29,734 nt of DNA. Origin: Chthoniobacteraceae bacterium (GTDB lineage: Bacteria; Verrucomicrobiota; Verrucomicrobiia; Chthoniobacterales; Chthoniobacteraceae). The first letter of the stretch is position 1, and the number at the start of each line of letters is the position of its first letter. The DNA is taken from contig JANNWY010000301.1 in assembly GCA_031409335.1 (NCBI GenBank), forward strand, positions 1-29,734, in the 5' to 3' direction. The position numbers and the translations under genes are program-made. Under the pieces are notes generated by a model, which made no database searches, was not told where the DNA came from, and worked only from the letters and a program-made list of their open reading frames with translations. This document shows positions 15,586 to 25,273 of this stretch, piece after piece.

Positions 15586-18084
15586 ATGCTGCGGATGCCT
15601 TCGCTCGCACTCATTTTGATCCGCCTCTGGCGCATCGCCGCGCTGATCGCGGCGGCGTGGCTGCTGCACGTCGCATGGCGCGCGCAGAACCCCGCGGATA
15701 CATCCGGCCTCGATGACATCACGCTCGAAAAGGCGCGCGCATTTTTTCCCGAGGCCACACGGATCGCTGCACGGCGCGTCTTCTCCGCGAGCGGCGCGCT
15801 GCTCGGTTCGCTGCTCACGACTTCGCCGGAAAGCGATGATCTCATCGGCTACTCCGGCCCGAGCAATGTGCTCATCGCGCTCGATGCGGCGGGAAAAATC
15901 GCGGGCGTCGAACTGCTCTCCAGCGAGGACACGCCCGCGCACGTCGCCGAGGTGCGAAAGGCGGATGCGTTCTGGCGGAGCTTCATCGGCTGGACGCCCG
16001 CGAAGAAAATCGAAGCAGTCAGCGGCTCGACGCTGACGAGTCTCGCGATGGCAGAGGCGATCGGGCGGCGCGTGACGGGGCGCGCCGATTCGCTCCGCTT
16101 TCCCGAGCCGCTCGCGCTCGATGAAGTGCGCGCGCTGTTTCCAAAAGCCGCGACGTTTTCCCAGGAGGAAAAGCGTGCGGGCTGGCACGCCGTGCGCGAT
16201 CCGGGCGGCGCGCTGCTCGGTTTTGCGGTGAGGACTTCGCCGCATTCCGACAACGTGCGCGGCTACGCGGGACCCACCGAAACGCTCGCCGCCGTGACGC
16301 CCGATCGTGCCGATGTCACCGCGATCCGCTTGCGCAAAAGCTACGACACGCCCGAATACGTCGAGCGCGTGCGCGACGACAAAGACGCCCTCACGGCGCT
16401 TGCAAATCGCAGCGTCGCCGAATGGGCCGCGCTCGATTTCAAAAAGGCAGGCATCGAAGGCATTTCGGGCGCGACCCAGACCAGCTTTGCCATCGCCGAG
16501 GGATTGCGGCGGCGTTTCGCGGCAGACGAGAAATTAGTCCCATCCGTCCCATCCGTCCCATCCCGCGACACCGCCCTGATCGCCATCGTCCTCGGCGCAT
16601 TCGTCCTCGCCTTCACGCCGCTGCGCGGCAAACGCTGGCTGCGCCTCGTCTGGCAGGCCGTGCTCATCGGCGGATTCGGACTGTGGTTCGGCCAACTCCT
16701 GTCGCTTTCGCTTTTCGCCGGATGGGCGCGGCACGGCATCGCGTGGCAGACCGCGCCGGCGCTGGCGCTGCTTGCCGCGATCGCGCTGCTCGTCCCGTGG
16801 GGCGCGCGCCGGCAGATCTATTGTCACCACCTTTGCCCGCACGGCGCGGCGCAGGAGTGGCTCGGAAAGTTTTCGCGCCTTCACGTGCGCGTGCCCGCTG
16901 CGCTGCAACGCTGGCTCACGCGCGCGCCCGCCGCGCTGCTCATCATCGCATTCGCGCTCGCCCTCACGACGGCATTCGATCTCGCAAAACTCGAACCGTT
17001 CGACGCATGGATCCTCCGCGGCGCCGCACTCGTGTCCACCGTCATCGCCCTCGCCGGCCTGGCCGCATCCGTCTTCATCCCGCAAGCCTACTGCCACTAC
17101 GGCTGCCCGACCGGCGCGCTGCTGAAATTCATCCGCAGCCCCGGCAAGAGCGATCACTTCGGCGTGCGCGACTGGACCGCAGTCGCCACGCTCGCCGCAG
17201 CCGCCGCATTCGTTTTTCTCAAACCGCACCCGTCCCCTGCCCCGCTCACCGAACTGCGCGGCACCGCCTTCGGCACGACCTGGAGCGTGAAATCCCGCAC
17301 GCCATTTCGCGAGGAAACCCGCGCCAAAATCGCCGCCGAACTCGAGCGCATCGAAAGCACGCTCTCACATTGGCGACCCGGCTCGGCCACATCGCAATTC
17401 AACGCCGCCGGCACCACGCTCGCGCTCGCGATGCCGCCCGATCTAATCGCGCTCATCGGCCAGTGTCTCGACATCAGCCGCGCCAGCGATGGCGCATTCG
17501 ACATCACCGTCGCGCCGCTCGCGCAGCTCTGGAGAGAAGCCTCATCCGCCCCGCCGGACGATGCCACGATCGAGCGTCTCCGCGCACGGACTGGCTGGCG
17601 GAAGATCACCGCCGATCCCACAAACAGCACGCTGCGAAAAAGCGACGCCGCATTGCAGATCGACCTCGGCGCAATCCTGCAAGGCCACGCCGCCGACCGG
17701 CTCGCAGCCTTGCTCGCCAGCGAGGGCATCGCCGATTGTCTCATCGAAGTCGGCGGCGAACTCCTCGCGCGCGGCACATGGGAAGTCGCCATCGAAAACC
17801 CCGCGCAACCCGGCCAGCCCCTGCGCCGCCTTTCACTCAAAGACGCCGCCCTCGCGACATCCGGCACCTACCGCGCAAAACACCTCATCAATCCCGCGAC
17901 CGGCCGACCGATCTCCCACGACACCACGCTCGTTGCCATCACGAGTCCGACCTGCGCCGCAGCCGACGCATGGGCCACCGCGCTCATCGTCATCGGTGGA
18001 GAAAACGCACGCGCCCTCGCCGAAAAGCGCGGGATCAAAATCCTGACGATCACCGCCAGCGGCGGGCAAAGCGGTTCGCTTTAA
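15586..18084 (+). CDS. Membrane fusion protein: 2x FMN-binding domains, NosR/NapH-like TM domain and ApbE flavin transferase
   Basis: IGYSGP...EDTP and RGYAGP...YDTPEYV repeats ending in flavinylation-type motifs VSGSTLTS (16021) and ISGATQTS (16465). YCHHLCPHG and YCHYGCPTG (CxxxCP). ApbE motifs FGTTW, SDGAFDITV, IDLGAI, EVGGE, ATSGTY, HLINPATGRP, ADAWATAL. Start may be 15595. Confidence 0.85.
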   Translation: MLRMPSLALILIRLWRIAALIAAAWLLHVAWRAQNPADTSGLDDITLEKARAFFPEATRIAARRVFSASGALLGSLLTTSPESDDLIGYSGPSNVLIALDAAGKIAGVELLSSEDTPAHVAEVRKADAFWRSFIGWTPAKKIEAVSGSTLTSLAMAEAIGRRVTGRADSLRFPEPLALDEVRALFPKAATFSQEEKRAGWHAVRDPGGALLGFAVRTSPHSDNVRGYAGPTETLAAVTPDRADVTAIRLRKSYDTPEYVERVRDDKDALTALANRSVAEWAALDFKKAGIEGISGATQTSFAIAEGLRRRFAADEKLVPSVPSVPSRDTALIAIVLGAFVLAFTPLRGKRWLRLVWQAVLIGGFGLWFGQLLSLSLFAGWARHGIAWQTAPALALLAAIALLVPWGARRQIYCHHLCPHGAAQEWLGKFSRLHVRVPAALQRWLTRAPAALLIIAFALALTTAFDLAKLEPFDAWILRGAALVSTVIALAGLAASVFIPQAYCHYGCPTGALLKFIRSPGKSDHFGVRDWTAVATLAAAAAFVFLKPHPSPAPLTELRGTAFGTTWSVKSRTPFREETRAKIAAELERIESTLSHWRPGSATSQFNAAGTTLALAMPPDLIALIGQCLDISRASDGAFDITVAPLAQLWREASSAPPDDATIERLRARTGWRKITADPTNSTLRKSDAALQIDLGAILQGHAADRLAALLASEGIADCLIEVGGELLARGTWEVAIENPAQPGQPLRRLSLKDAALATSGTYRAKHLINPATGRPISHDTTLVAITSPTCAAADAWATALIVIGGENARALAEKRGIKILTITASGGQSGSL
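16537..16563 (+). repeat. In-frame 9-bp tandem repeat (GTCCCATCC)x3
   Basis: Three perfect copies encoding VPSVPSVPS at the linker between the second FMN domain and the TM domain. Confidence 0.9.
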
Positions 18085-18455
18085 GAGTCCGCCTCGACTT
18101 CATGCGCTTGGAGTTCCTCCAGCGACACAAATTCCAGCGCGGAAATGTGACATGCCTCCAGCAGCACGCGCGGCGCGACGCCCGCATCGAGCGCCTCCTG
18201 CCAGCGCGTCACGCAAAGGCACCAGCGATCGCCCGGCTCCAGTCCCGGAAATTCATACTCCGGCACCGGCGTGATCAGATCGTTTCCGCACTCGCGCGAA
18301 AATTCCAAAAACTCACTCGTGACCTCCACGCAAACCGTGTGCAGCCCCACATCGCCCGGCCCCGTGCGGCAAAAGCCATCGCGATAAAATCCCGTGAGTG
18401 GCCGCAGGCAGCAGCATTCGAGAGGGGTTCCGAGCACGTTTGTAGCGGGATTCAT
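18081..18455 (-). CDS. DUF2237 family protein
   Basis: NVLGTPLECC..PLTGFYRDGFC.TG..D.G.HTVC, FLEFSR..GNDL.TP.PE..FPGL.PGDRWCLC..RW.EA...GVAP.V.L.A.H. Confidence 0.92.
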   Translation of the reverse strand: MNPATNVLGTPLECCCLRPLTGFYRDGFCRTGPGDVGLHTVCVEVTSEFLEFSRECGNDLITPVPEYEFPGLEPGDRWCLCVTRWQEALDAGVAPRVLLEACHISALEFVSLEELQAHEVEADS

Positions 18456-18539
18456 GGTCGCATCCTATCCGTCCGCCATCCTTCCCACAATCCCTTGGAC
18501 GCCGCACCGCGCCGCAGTTAATTTCGCGGCCCTTTTCCG

Positions 18540-19907
18540 ATGCCTAAAGTCTATCTCAAAACCTACGGCTGCCAGATGAACGAACGCGATTCCGAGCAGG
18601 TTTCGCGGATGCTCATCGCGCGCGGGTACGAGATGACGCCGGAGGCGGCGGGCGCGGATGTGGTGCTGCTGAATACGTGCTCGGTGCGCGATCTCGCCGA
18701 GCAAAAGGCGCTGGGGAAAATGGGGCTGCTCGGTCGCCTGCGCGCGAACAAACCGGAGATGGTTTTCGGTTTCCTCGGCTGCATGGCGCAGTCGCGCGGC
18801 GATGAACTCGTCCGCGACATCGGCCATGTCGATCTCGTCGTCGGCACCCAGAAATTTCACAAGGTCGCCGACTACGTGGATGAACTGGTGCAGCGCAAAA
18901 TCGCGATGCGCGAGCGGCTGATGGACGACGCGCGTTTTTCCATCGTCGATGTGGACGAGGAAGCGGGATCGCAGGAGACGATCCGCGAGCATGTGCTGAA
19001 GGAGAAGCAGGCCACCGCGTTCGTCTCGATCATGCAGGGCTGCAATATGCACTGCACGTTTTGCATTGTGCCGAGCACGCGCGGCGCGGAGCGTTCGCGG
19101 CGGATCGAGGAGATCGTGGCCGAAGTGCGGACGCTCGTGGAACGCGGGGTGAAAGAAGTGACCTTGCTCGGCCAGATCGTGAATCTTTTCGGCCGCCACG
19201 AGTTCGCGGCGCGCGATGGAAAATCGCCGTTCGTGCAATTGCTCGAAGCCGTGCATTCAGTCGAAGGTTTGCGCCGCCTGCGCTTCACCTCGCCGCATCC
19301 GATCGGTTTCAAACAAGACCTCATCGACGCCTTCGCCCGCCTGCCAAAGCTGATGCCGCACGTCCATCTCCCGATGCAATCCGGCAGCGACCGGATGCTC
19401 AAAGCGATGCATCGCACCTACACCGCGGAAAAATATTTCGCCCTCACCGAAAAGCTGCGCGCCGCCCGCCCCGACATCGCGCTGACCACGGATGTGATCG
19501 TCGGCTTTCCCGGAGAAACGGAGGAAGACCACGCCGCGACTTGCGCGATGCTGGAGCGCGTCGGCTTCGACAACGCCTTCGTCTTCCGCTACTCGAAACG
19601 CCGCGACACCCCCGCCGCCGAACTCGGCGAACAACTCCCCGAGAGCGTGAAGGAATCGCGCAACCAAGACGTGCTCCGCATCATCGACCGTTGGGCGATT
19701 GCAAAAGGCGAAGCCCTCGTCGGCCAGCGCGTCGAGATCCTCTGCGAAGGCCTCAGCAAGACCAACGAAGAGCGCCTCATGGGCCGCTCGCCCGGAAACA
19801 AGATCGTGATTTTCGAAGGCGGCGAACGCCACCTCGGCGAAGTCTTCGACGTGCAAATCGAGCGGTCGAGCGGCTTCAGCCTCTACGGCGATCCGGCGGT
19901 GCTGTAG
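18540..19907 (+). CDS. miaB: tRNA-2-methylthio-N6-dimethylallyladenosine synthase MiaB
   Basis: TYGCQMNERDSE, NTCSVR..AEQK, radical-SAM GCNMHCTFCIVP, RFTSPHP, HLPMQSGSD, TDVIVGFPGET, YSKR..TPAA, C-terminal TRAM domain. Confidence 0.97.
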   Translation: MPKVYLKTYGCQMNERDSEQVSRMLIARGYEMTPEAAGADVVLLNTCSVRDLAEQKALGKMGLLGRLRANKPEMVFGFLGCMAQSRGDELVRDIGHVDLVVGTQKFHKVADYVDELVQRKIAMRERLMDDARFSIVDVDEEAGSQETIREHVLKEKQATAFVSIMQGCNMHCTFCIVPSTRGAERSRRIEEIVAEVRTLVERGVKEVTLLGQIVNLFGRHEFAARDGKSPFVQLLEAVHSVEGLRRLRFTSPHPIGFKQDLIDAFARLPKLMPHVHLPMQSGSDRMLKAMHRTYTAEKYFALTEKLRAARPDIALTTDVIVGFPGETEEDHAATCAMLERVGFDNAFVFRYSKRRDTPAAELGEQLPESVKESRNQDVLRIIDRWAIAKGEALVGQRVEILCEGLSKTNEERLMGRSPGNKIVIFEGGERHLGEVFDVQIERSSGFSLYGDPAVL

Positions 19908-20003
19908 CACTGGCGATCGAATCAAACCGCGACGCTCTGCCGCGGCGACGCTCGTCGAATGCAGGTGCTTTACTCCGAAAGACCTCCCGGCTTTGTTTCG
20001 TCA

Positions 20004-22610
20004 ATGGAGGTTCCGTTCCCGCAAGAATTTTGGGCGAAGACAATCGACGGCGACAAGCCCGGCATCTCCGTGCGCGACCATTGTTTGAACGTCGGTTGTG
20101 TAGCGGAGGCTCTCCTCGCCGTTTTGCCGGAACGAGTGCGCGCGCTCCTGCCAGCAGGCGCAGTGACTTTGGCGGCATTGCATGATTTGGGGAAGATCAC
20201 CGTAGGGTTTCAGGCAAAGTGCTTGTTGTGGCTTCAGCGCGATCGCTTGCCGGAATTCTCTTCCGGTGAGGTTGCGCTCTCGGTTTCTGATCACGCTTTG
20301 GTCAGTCAGATCTTTTTGCAAAAGCTGCCCGACTCTTCTCCGTTCCGGCTTTGGGCAGTGGCCGTAGGAGCGCATCACGGCAGGCCGAAAGGAAAGATCG
20401 CCCGGCTCAATACTCCCGAACCCCTCGCGGAATGGGCGCAGGAGAATCGGCTGCACGTCTTCGATGAACTCAAGCTGGTGTTCGGTCCGCTGCCGACCAC
20501 GCCGCCGCTGCCGACCCTCGCTCTTGCCGACCTGTGGCTGCTTGCCGGGCTCATCTCGGTCGCGGATTGGATCGGGTCGAATGAAGTGTGGTTTTCTCCC
20601 GAGCATGGGCTGCTCCCGGAAGCCGCGCGACAACAGGCCCGCGACGCTCTCCGCCAAATCGGCTGGCCGGGTGGCCGGTTGCGTCAAACGAGCTTCGCGG
20701 CAGCCTTTTCGAGTATGCCCGATTCGGCGTTTCATGCGAATCCCCTGCAACAGGCCGTGGCGGACGTGGCCCATGTTCCGGGCGTTATCATCGTGGAGGG
20801 GCCGATGGGTTGCGGCAAAACCGAAGCGGCCCTCTTCGCCGCCCAGCAACTCATCGCCTTGGGATACCAGCAGGGCATCTATTTCGCGCTGCCCACACAG
20901 GTCACGAGCAATCGGATTCACAAGCGAATCGAGCATTTTCTCCGCAGTACCCTCGAGGACGAGGCGGCGCTCCGGCTGGCCCACGGCAGTGCGTGGTTGG
21001 AAGATGATTTCGATCTCCGCCTGCGTCCGGCCTATCCGCCGGACCTGCCGGACGAGCGGGAGGAAATCCTTGGCAGCCTGCGTGAAGCCCGTTCGTGGTT
21101 CGGCTCTGCGAAGCACGCGCTCCTCGCCCCGTATGGCGTCGGCACCGTCGATCAGGCACTCCAGTCCGTGGTCGCCGTGAAGCATTTCTTTGTGCGCCGC
21201 CTCGCCCTCGCCGGCAAGGTCATCATCCTCGATGAGATTCATTCGTACGACATTTATACCGGTACACTCATCACCGCGTTGATCCGCGAGCTGGTCGCGC
21301 TCCGCTGCACCGTCATCGTGCTCAGTGCCACGCTCACCGCGGAGCGCCGCCGTGAATTGCTGGCCGCCGCGGGAAGCACCGAGACCGCTGCTCCGACGGC
21401 TTACCCTTTGGTCACAACCGGCGGTGGAGAAGGAGGGGAATGCCGGCACGTCAGCCCGGAGTGGTCGGCTCATCGTCGCATCGCTCTTCGGCCAGGGATG
21501 ATTTCCGAGGGGGAAACCATGCGCGAACTCATCGAGCGCGCGGAGAACGGTCAGCATGTCCTCTGGATCCGCAACACCGTCGTGGAAGCACAGGACGCCT
21601 TCCGCGCCGTATCGGGTGCCGTCTGCGAAGGCCAAGTGCGTGTCGGACTTCTGCACAGTCGCTTTCCTTTTCAACGTCGCGCCGAATTGGAGGAAGACTG
21701 GCTCGAAGGCCTCGGACCGAACCGTTCCGCCGACGGTCCCGGCAGCATCCTCATTGCCACTCAAGTCGTGGAGCAAAGCGTGGACATTGATCTCGATTTC
21801 ATCGTCTCCGATCTCGCACCGACGGACATGCTGCTCCAGCGTGTCGGACGTCTCTGGCGACACGAGCGGCCGCAGCGGCGGGCAGCTGCGCCCGAGTTTT
21901 GGATTCGCCTGCCGGAATTGGCCGCAAACTCGGATGCAACCGCACTGAAAAAGGCCCTGGGCCGCAGCGCCCGGGTTTATGCGCCCTACGTCCTGCTCCG
22001 CACGGCGGCTGTTTGGAGTGGGAAGAAAGAACTGCATTTGCCAGCCGATATTCGCTCATTGCTCGAAGCGACTTACGCCGAGCCTAGCGAGGATGAACCC
22101 GAAGCATGGCGCCAACTCCACGCGGATTTGGAGCGCGAAAAGGCGATGCTGGCCGCCAACGCGGAGGCTGCCACCTTGGTGCTCGGACGCCCCATGCTTG
22201 CGGACGAAGAAGAAATCCTCACTCGCCGCAAAGGCGCCCCCACCACACCGCTCATGCTCTTGCGATCTCTTGCCATAGGATCGTCCGGCTCCATGATCCT
22301 CGTGGCCCCCGATGGTTCGCGGGCCGAAATCAGCGAACACGAATGGCGCAAAGCCTCCGCGCGCTTTATCCACCACTGGCTCGTGCGGGCACCGCGCTGG
22401 ATGCTCCCCGCCGCTGCTCCCCAGCCTCGCTGGCTCACGCTCCATGGGCCGTCCCGCGCCATCGTGGCCATCGTCCGCGACGATGGCCGCTGCGTTTTCG
22501 GCGAGGAAGTTTCCCACGTGACCTACGACCCGCGACTCGGCATTTTCGCCGGGTGCCCCGCAACGCCCGCTCCGCAATGGAAAGACGACGACGATGAATT
22601 TGACGATTGA
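20004..22610 (+). CDS. cas3: CRISPR-associated HD nuclease/helicase Cas3
   Basis: FWAK...DHCLNV, LAALHDLGK, AHHG, SVADWIGS (HD domain); GPMGCGKTEAAL (Walker A), DEIH, LSATL, LHSRF, TQVVEQSVDID, QRVGRLWRH. Start is 20004 or 19959. Confidence 0.96.
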   Translation: MEVPFPQEFWAKTIDGDKPGISVRDHCLNVGCVAEALLAVLPERVRALLPAGAVTLAALHDLGKITVGFQAKCLLWLQRDRLPEFSSGEVALSVSDHALVSQIFLQKLPDSSPFRLWAVAVGAHHGRPKGKIARLNTPEPLAEWAQENRLHVFDELKLVFGPLPTTPPLPTLALADLWLLAGLISVADWIGSNEVWFSPEHGLLPEAARQQARDALRQIGWPGGRLRQTSFAAAFSSMPDSAFHANPLQQAVADVAHVPGVIIVEGPMGCGKTEAALFAAQQLIALGYQQGIYFALPTQVTSNRIHKRIEHFLRSTLEDEAALRLAHGSAWLEDDFDLRLRPAYPPDLPDEREEILGSLREARSWFGSAKHALLAPYGVGTVDQALQSVVAVKHFFVRRLALAGKVIILDEIHSYDIYTGTLITALIRELVALRCTVIVLSATLTAERRRELLAAAGSTETAAPTAYPLVTTGGGEGGECRHVSPEWSAHRRIALRPGMISEGETMRELIERAENGQHVLWIRNTVVEAQDAFRAVSGAVCEGQVRVGLLHSRFPFQRRAELEEDWLEGLGPNRSADGPGSILIATQVVEQSVDIDLDFIVSDLAPTDMLLQRVGRLWRHERPQRRAAAPEFWIRLPELAANSDATALKKALGRSARVYAPYVLLRTAAVWSGKKELHLPADIRSLLEATYAEPSEDEPEAWRQLHADLEREKAMLAANAEAATLVLGRPMLADEEEILTRRKGAPTTPLMLLRSLAIGSSGSMILVAPDGSRAEISEHEWRKASARFIHHWLVRAPRWMLPAAAPQPRWLTLHGPSRAIVAIVRDDGRCVFGEEVSHVTYDPRLGIFAGCPATPAPQWKDDDDEFDD

Positions 22611-24072
22611 TCCCTGGATACCCGCGCTCCGTGCCGATGGCCGCCGCGAACTCTTTAGCCTCCGCGATCTCTTCGCGCAGGCGCACGAACTGCGCGACCT
22701 CGCCGTGAAACCCCACGAGCGCATCGCCCTCATGCGCCTGCTGCTCTGTATCACGCAGGCCGCGCTCGACGGCCCGGCGGATGAGGACGAGTGGCAGGAT
22801 TGCCAATCGCTCATCCAGCCTCGCGTCGCGGAGTATCTCGAGAAGTGGAACGCGGCTTTTGAGTTGTTCGGTGAAGGGCGAAGGTTTCTTCAGTTTTCAC
22901 AGCTTCAATCCGGCAAGGAGGCCGATGAAGGCAACGCCGCCACGAAGCTCGATCTGGCCCTGGCGACCGGCAACAACTCGACCCTCTTCGACAATCTCGC
23001 GGGTGAAGATCGAACCCTTCAGTCTGCGCGCTCGGCGATCAATCTCCTGACCTTTCAATGTTTCGCCCCCGGTGGACGCATCGGTGTCGCGAAGTGGAAT
23101 GGCAAAGAAACGGCGGGCAAGGGTTCGAGCAATCACGCGCCCTGCACGCCTTCGAGCATGGTTCACGGCTTCTTGCTGCGCAGAACGCTTCTTGCAACGC
23201 TCCGCCAGAATCTAATTACGCGGGAGGCCGTGGCCGATGCCTACGGCGCGAACCGCTGGGGCGAGCCGGTCTGGGAAATGCCAGTCGAAAACGCCAGCGA
23301 CAAGAACGCGACCATGAATGCCGCGCTGACCTTTCTCGGGCGGCAGGTGCCGTTGAGCCGGGCGATTCGGTTGAACGACGATGGCCTTTCCGTCATCCTC
23401 GCCAACGGACTTGATTACCCGATTTTTCCGGCGTTCCGCGAAGCCACCGCGACCGTCATCAAGCGGAAGGAGGAACTGGCCCTCCTTCCCGCTTCGACCA
23501 GCCGTAGCCTTTGGCGGCAATTAGCGGCGGTGTCCGTTCAGCGTCGCGCCAGTGCCGATGGCGCGAGTGGCCCGCTGGCATTGACCCATGAGACCGCCGC
23601 CGCAGAGATCACTCTCTGGGTTGGCGCTTTGGTCACGGATAAAGCCAAAATCGAGGACGTGGTGGAATCGACCTATTCGCTCCCCACGGGGATGTTTTCC
23701 GAGTTTGGCCGCGCCGCTTACGAAAAGGGCGTGGCCTACGCGGAGGAGCGCGAGGGTGTGCTCATTCAGTCTGTGAAGGTGTATGCCTCAGCGCTCAAGG
23801 TCGCGTCTCCCGCTTACGACCGCGCCCGACAGCACTTCTGGACGCGCGTCGAGCAGCACCTGTCCGCGCTCTTCGATCTGGCGCGCAATATCGAACTCGC
23901 CACGGACCTTCCCAACTGCCCGTGGGGCCGCGCCGTGCAGGCGGCGGCCTTCGACGCCTACGAGCAATCCTGTCCGCGCCAGACGCCGCGTCAGATCGAG
24001 GCTTACGCGCATGGCCTGCGCAAGCTCACTTTCCGTCCCAAGAACCCGCAACCAACCGCCATTGCCCCATGA
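22594..24072 (+). CDS. cas8e: Type I-E Cascade large subunit Cas8e (Cse1/CasA)
   Basis: MNLTIDPWIP, ALMRLLLCI.QAAL.GP, FELFG...FLQ, GNNSTLFD, WEMP, SLWRQL; overlaps the cas3 end. Confidence 0.92.
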   Translation: MNLTIDPWIPALRADGRRELFSLRDLFAQAHELRDLAVKPHERIALMRLLLCITQAALDGPADEDEWQDCQSLIQPRVAEYLEKWNAAFELFGEGRRFLQFSQLQSGKEADEGNAATKLDLALATGNNSTLFDNLAGEDRTLQSARSAINLLTFQCFAPGGRIGVAKWNGKETAGKGSSNHAPCTPSSMVHGFLLRRTLLATLRQNLITREAVADAYGANRWGEPVWEMPVENASDKNATMNAALTFLGRQVPLSRAIRLNDDGLSVILANGLDYPIFPAFREATATVIKRKEELALLPASTSRSLWRQLAAVSVQRRASADGASGPLALTHETAAAEITLWVGALVTDKAKIEDVVESTYSLPTGMFSEFGRAAYEKGVAYAEEREGVLIQSVKVYASALKVASPAYDRARQHFWTRVEQHLSALFDLARNIELATDLPNCPWGRAVQAAAFDAYEQSCPRQTPRQIEAYAHGLRKLTFRPKNPQPTAIAP

Positions 24073-24611
24073 GTGAATCAAAACGCACCCCAAAAGAACG
24101 CGCCGCCGATTTCGTCGCCGCGCTGCGCCGTGTCCGCGACGACCGCGGCAAACTCGCCGCGCTCCGCCGCGGACTTTCCGACAACCCGCGAATGCACGTC
24201 GATGCGTGGCCCGTAGTCGCCAGCCTCGGCGGCGACATCGGCCAGCCGGTGTTCGTCTCCATCGCCGCGCTTTTTGCCACCCATCCCGAAGAGTCCAACG
24301 CGCGCAACCTCGGTGAAACCTGCCGGCGAATCGCGCAAGGCGACGGCAAGGACATTGCCGAAAGCTTCGAGCGGCGTTTCCGCCGGCTGCTGGCCTGCGG
24401 GGAAGTGACCGACGTGATTGCTCAACTCCGCGCATGGGTCCGCCTCGCCGCAAGCAAGGGAGTCGGTATGAACTACGAGGGCCTCTTTGCCGATCTGTGG
24501 AATTGGCCGTGGTATGCCGAAAACATCCGCGTCCAATGGGCACGCGCCTTTTGGCAATCCGGCAGCGCACCGACCGAAACCAGCGAACCCGCAACCGTCG
24601 CGCAGCCATGA
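24069..24611 (+). CDS. cse2: Type I-E small subunit Cas11 (Cse2/CasB)
   Basis: DRGKLAALRRGL, IAALFATH, NLGETCRRI, FERRFRRLL, L..DL..W...RVQWARAFW; ATGA-coupled to cas8e. Confidence 0.93.
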   Translation: MSESKRTPKERAADFVAALRRVRDDRGKLAALRRGLSDNPRMHVDAWPVVASLGGDIGQPVFVSIAALFATHPEESNARNLGETCRRIAQGDGKDIAESFERRFRRLLACGEVTDVIAQLRAWVRLAASKGVGMNYEGLFADLWNWPWYAENIRVQWARAFWQSGSAPTETSEPATVAQP

Positions 24612-25273
24612 GCCCACTCGCTCCCTTCAGCCTCGCCACAGTCGCACTGCATCTCACGCAGATCCTCGTCCCCTACGAAGACGCCGTGCGCCTCCTGAAA
24701 ATCCGGGACAGCTACGACTGGCATCAGCGGGTCTGGCAGGCCTTTGGCGGACGCGACGGCGAGGTCCGCGATTTCCTCATCCGCGTGGACCGCAAGGAGG
24801 AAGCCTACCGCGTGCTCATCCTCTCGCGCTCCGTCCCGAAGAAGCCCGACTGGTGCCCGACCGCCTGCTTCGGCACGAAGACCATTCCCGACGATTACTT
24901 TCAGCACGCGCGCTACCGCTTCAGCCTGCTGGCCAATCCCACGAGGAAACTGCGCGCGGAAAATCCCGATGGTACGCGGAAGAAAAATGGCCGGCGTGCG
25001 CCGATCGTGCAACGCGCGGAACTCATCGCGTGGCTGCAACGCAAAGCGGAGGCCGGCGGCTTTTCCGTGGAGGTCGACTCGTTGCGCACCATCCCGCGCG
25101 GACGCGAATTTTTCCACAAACCCGGCGCGAACGGCACGCACACCGCCGTCGAATTTCAGGGCGAACTTACGGTGCGCGACGCGGCGCAATTCCGCGCCAC
25201 CATCGCCGCCGGCATTGGCTCCGCCAAAGCCTTTGGCTTCGGGCTGCTCGCCCTTTCACCGCTTTCGGAATGA
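24608..25273 (+). CDS. cas6e: crRNA-processing endoribonuclease Cas6e (Cse3/CasE)
   Basis: YDWHQRVW, YRFSLLANPT, WLQRKAE..GF, VEFQGELTV.D, Gly-rich loop GIGSAKAFGFGLL. Confidence 0.94.
   Translation: MSPLAPFSLATVALHLTQILVPYEDAVRLLKIRDSYDWHQRVWQAFGGRDGEVRDFLIRVDRKEEAYRVLILSRSVPKKPDWCPTACFGTKTIPDDYFQHARYRFSLLANPTRKLRAENPDGTRKKNGRRAPIVQRAELIAWLQRKAEAGGFSVEVDSLRTIPRGREFFHKPGANGTHTAVEFQGELTVRDAAQFRATIAAGIGSAKAFGFGLLALSPLSE

Noticed and set aside
15472..16245. 1039-aa version of the FAD oxidoreductase
   Set aside because: The signal peptide starts at 15471; the extension is antisense shadow of the FMN/ApbE fusion.
16422..18521. 699-aa Arg-rich ORF and other long overlapping or antisense ORFs (e.g. 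20001..22037, 6762..8141)
   Set aside because: Typical stop-poor shadow frames of high-GC coding DNA, with no recognisable motifs.
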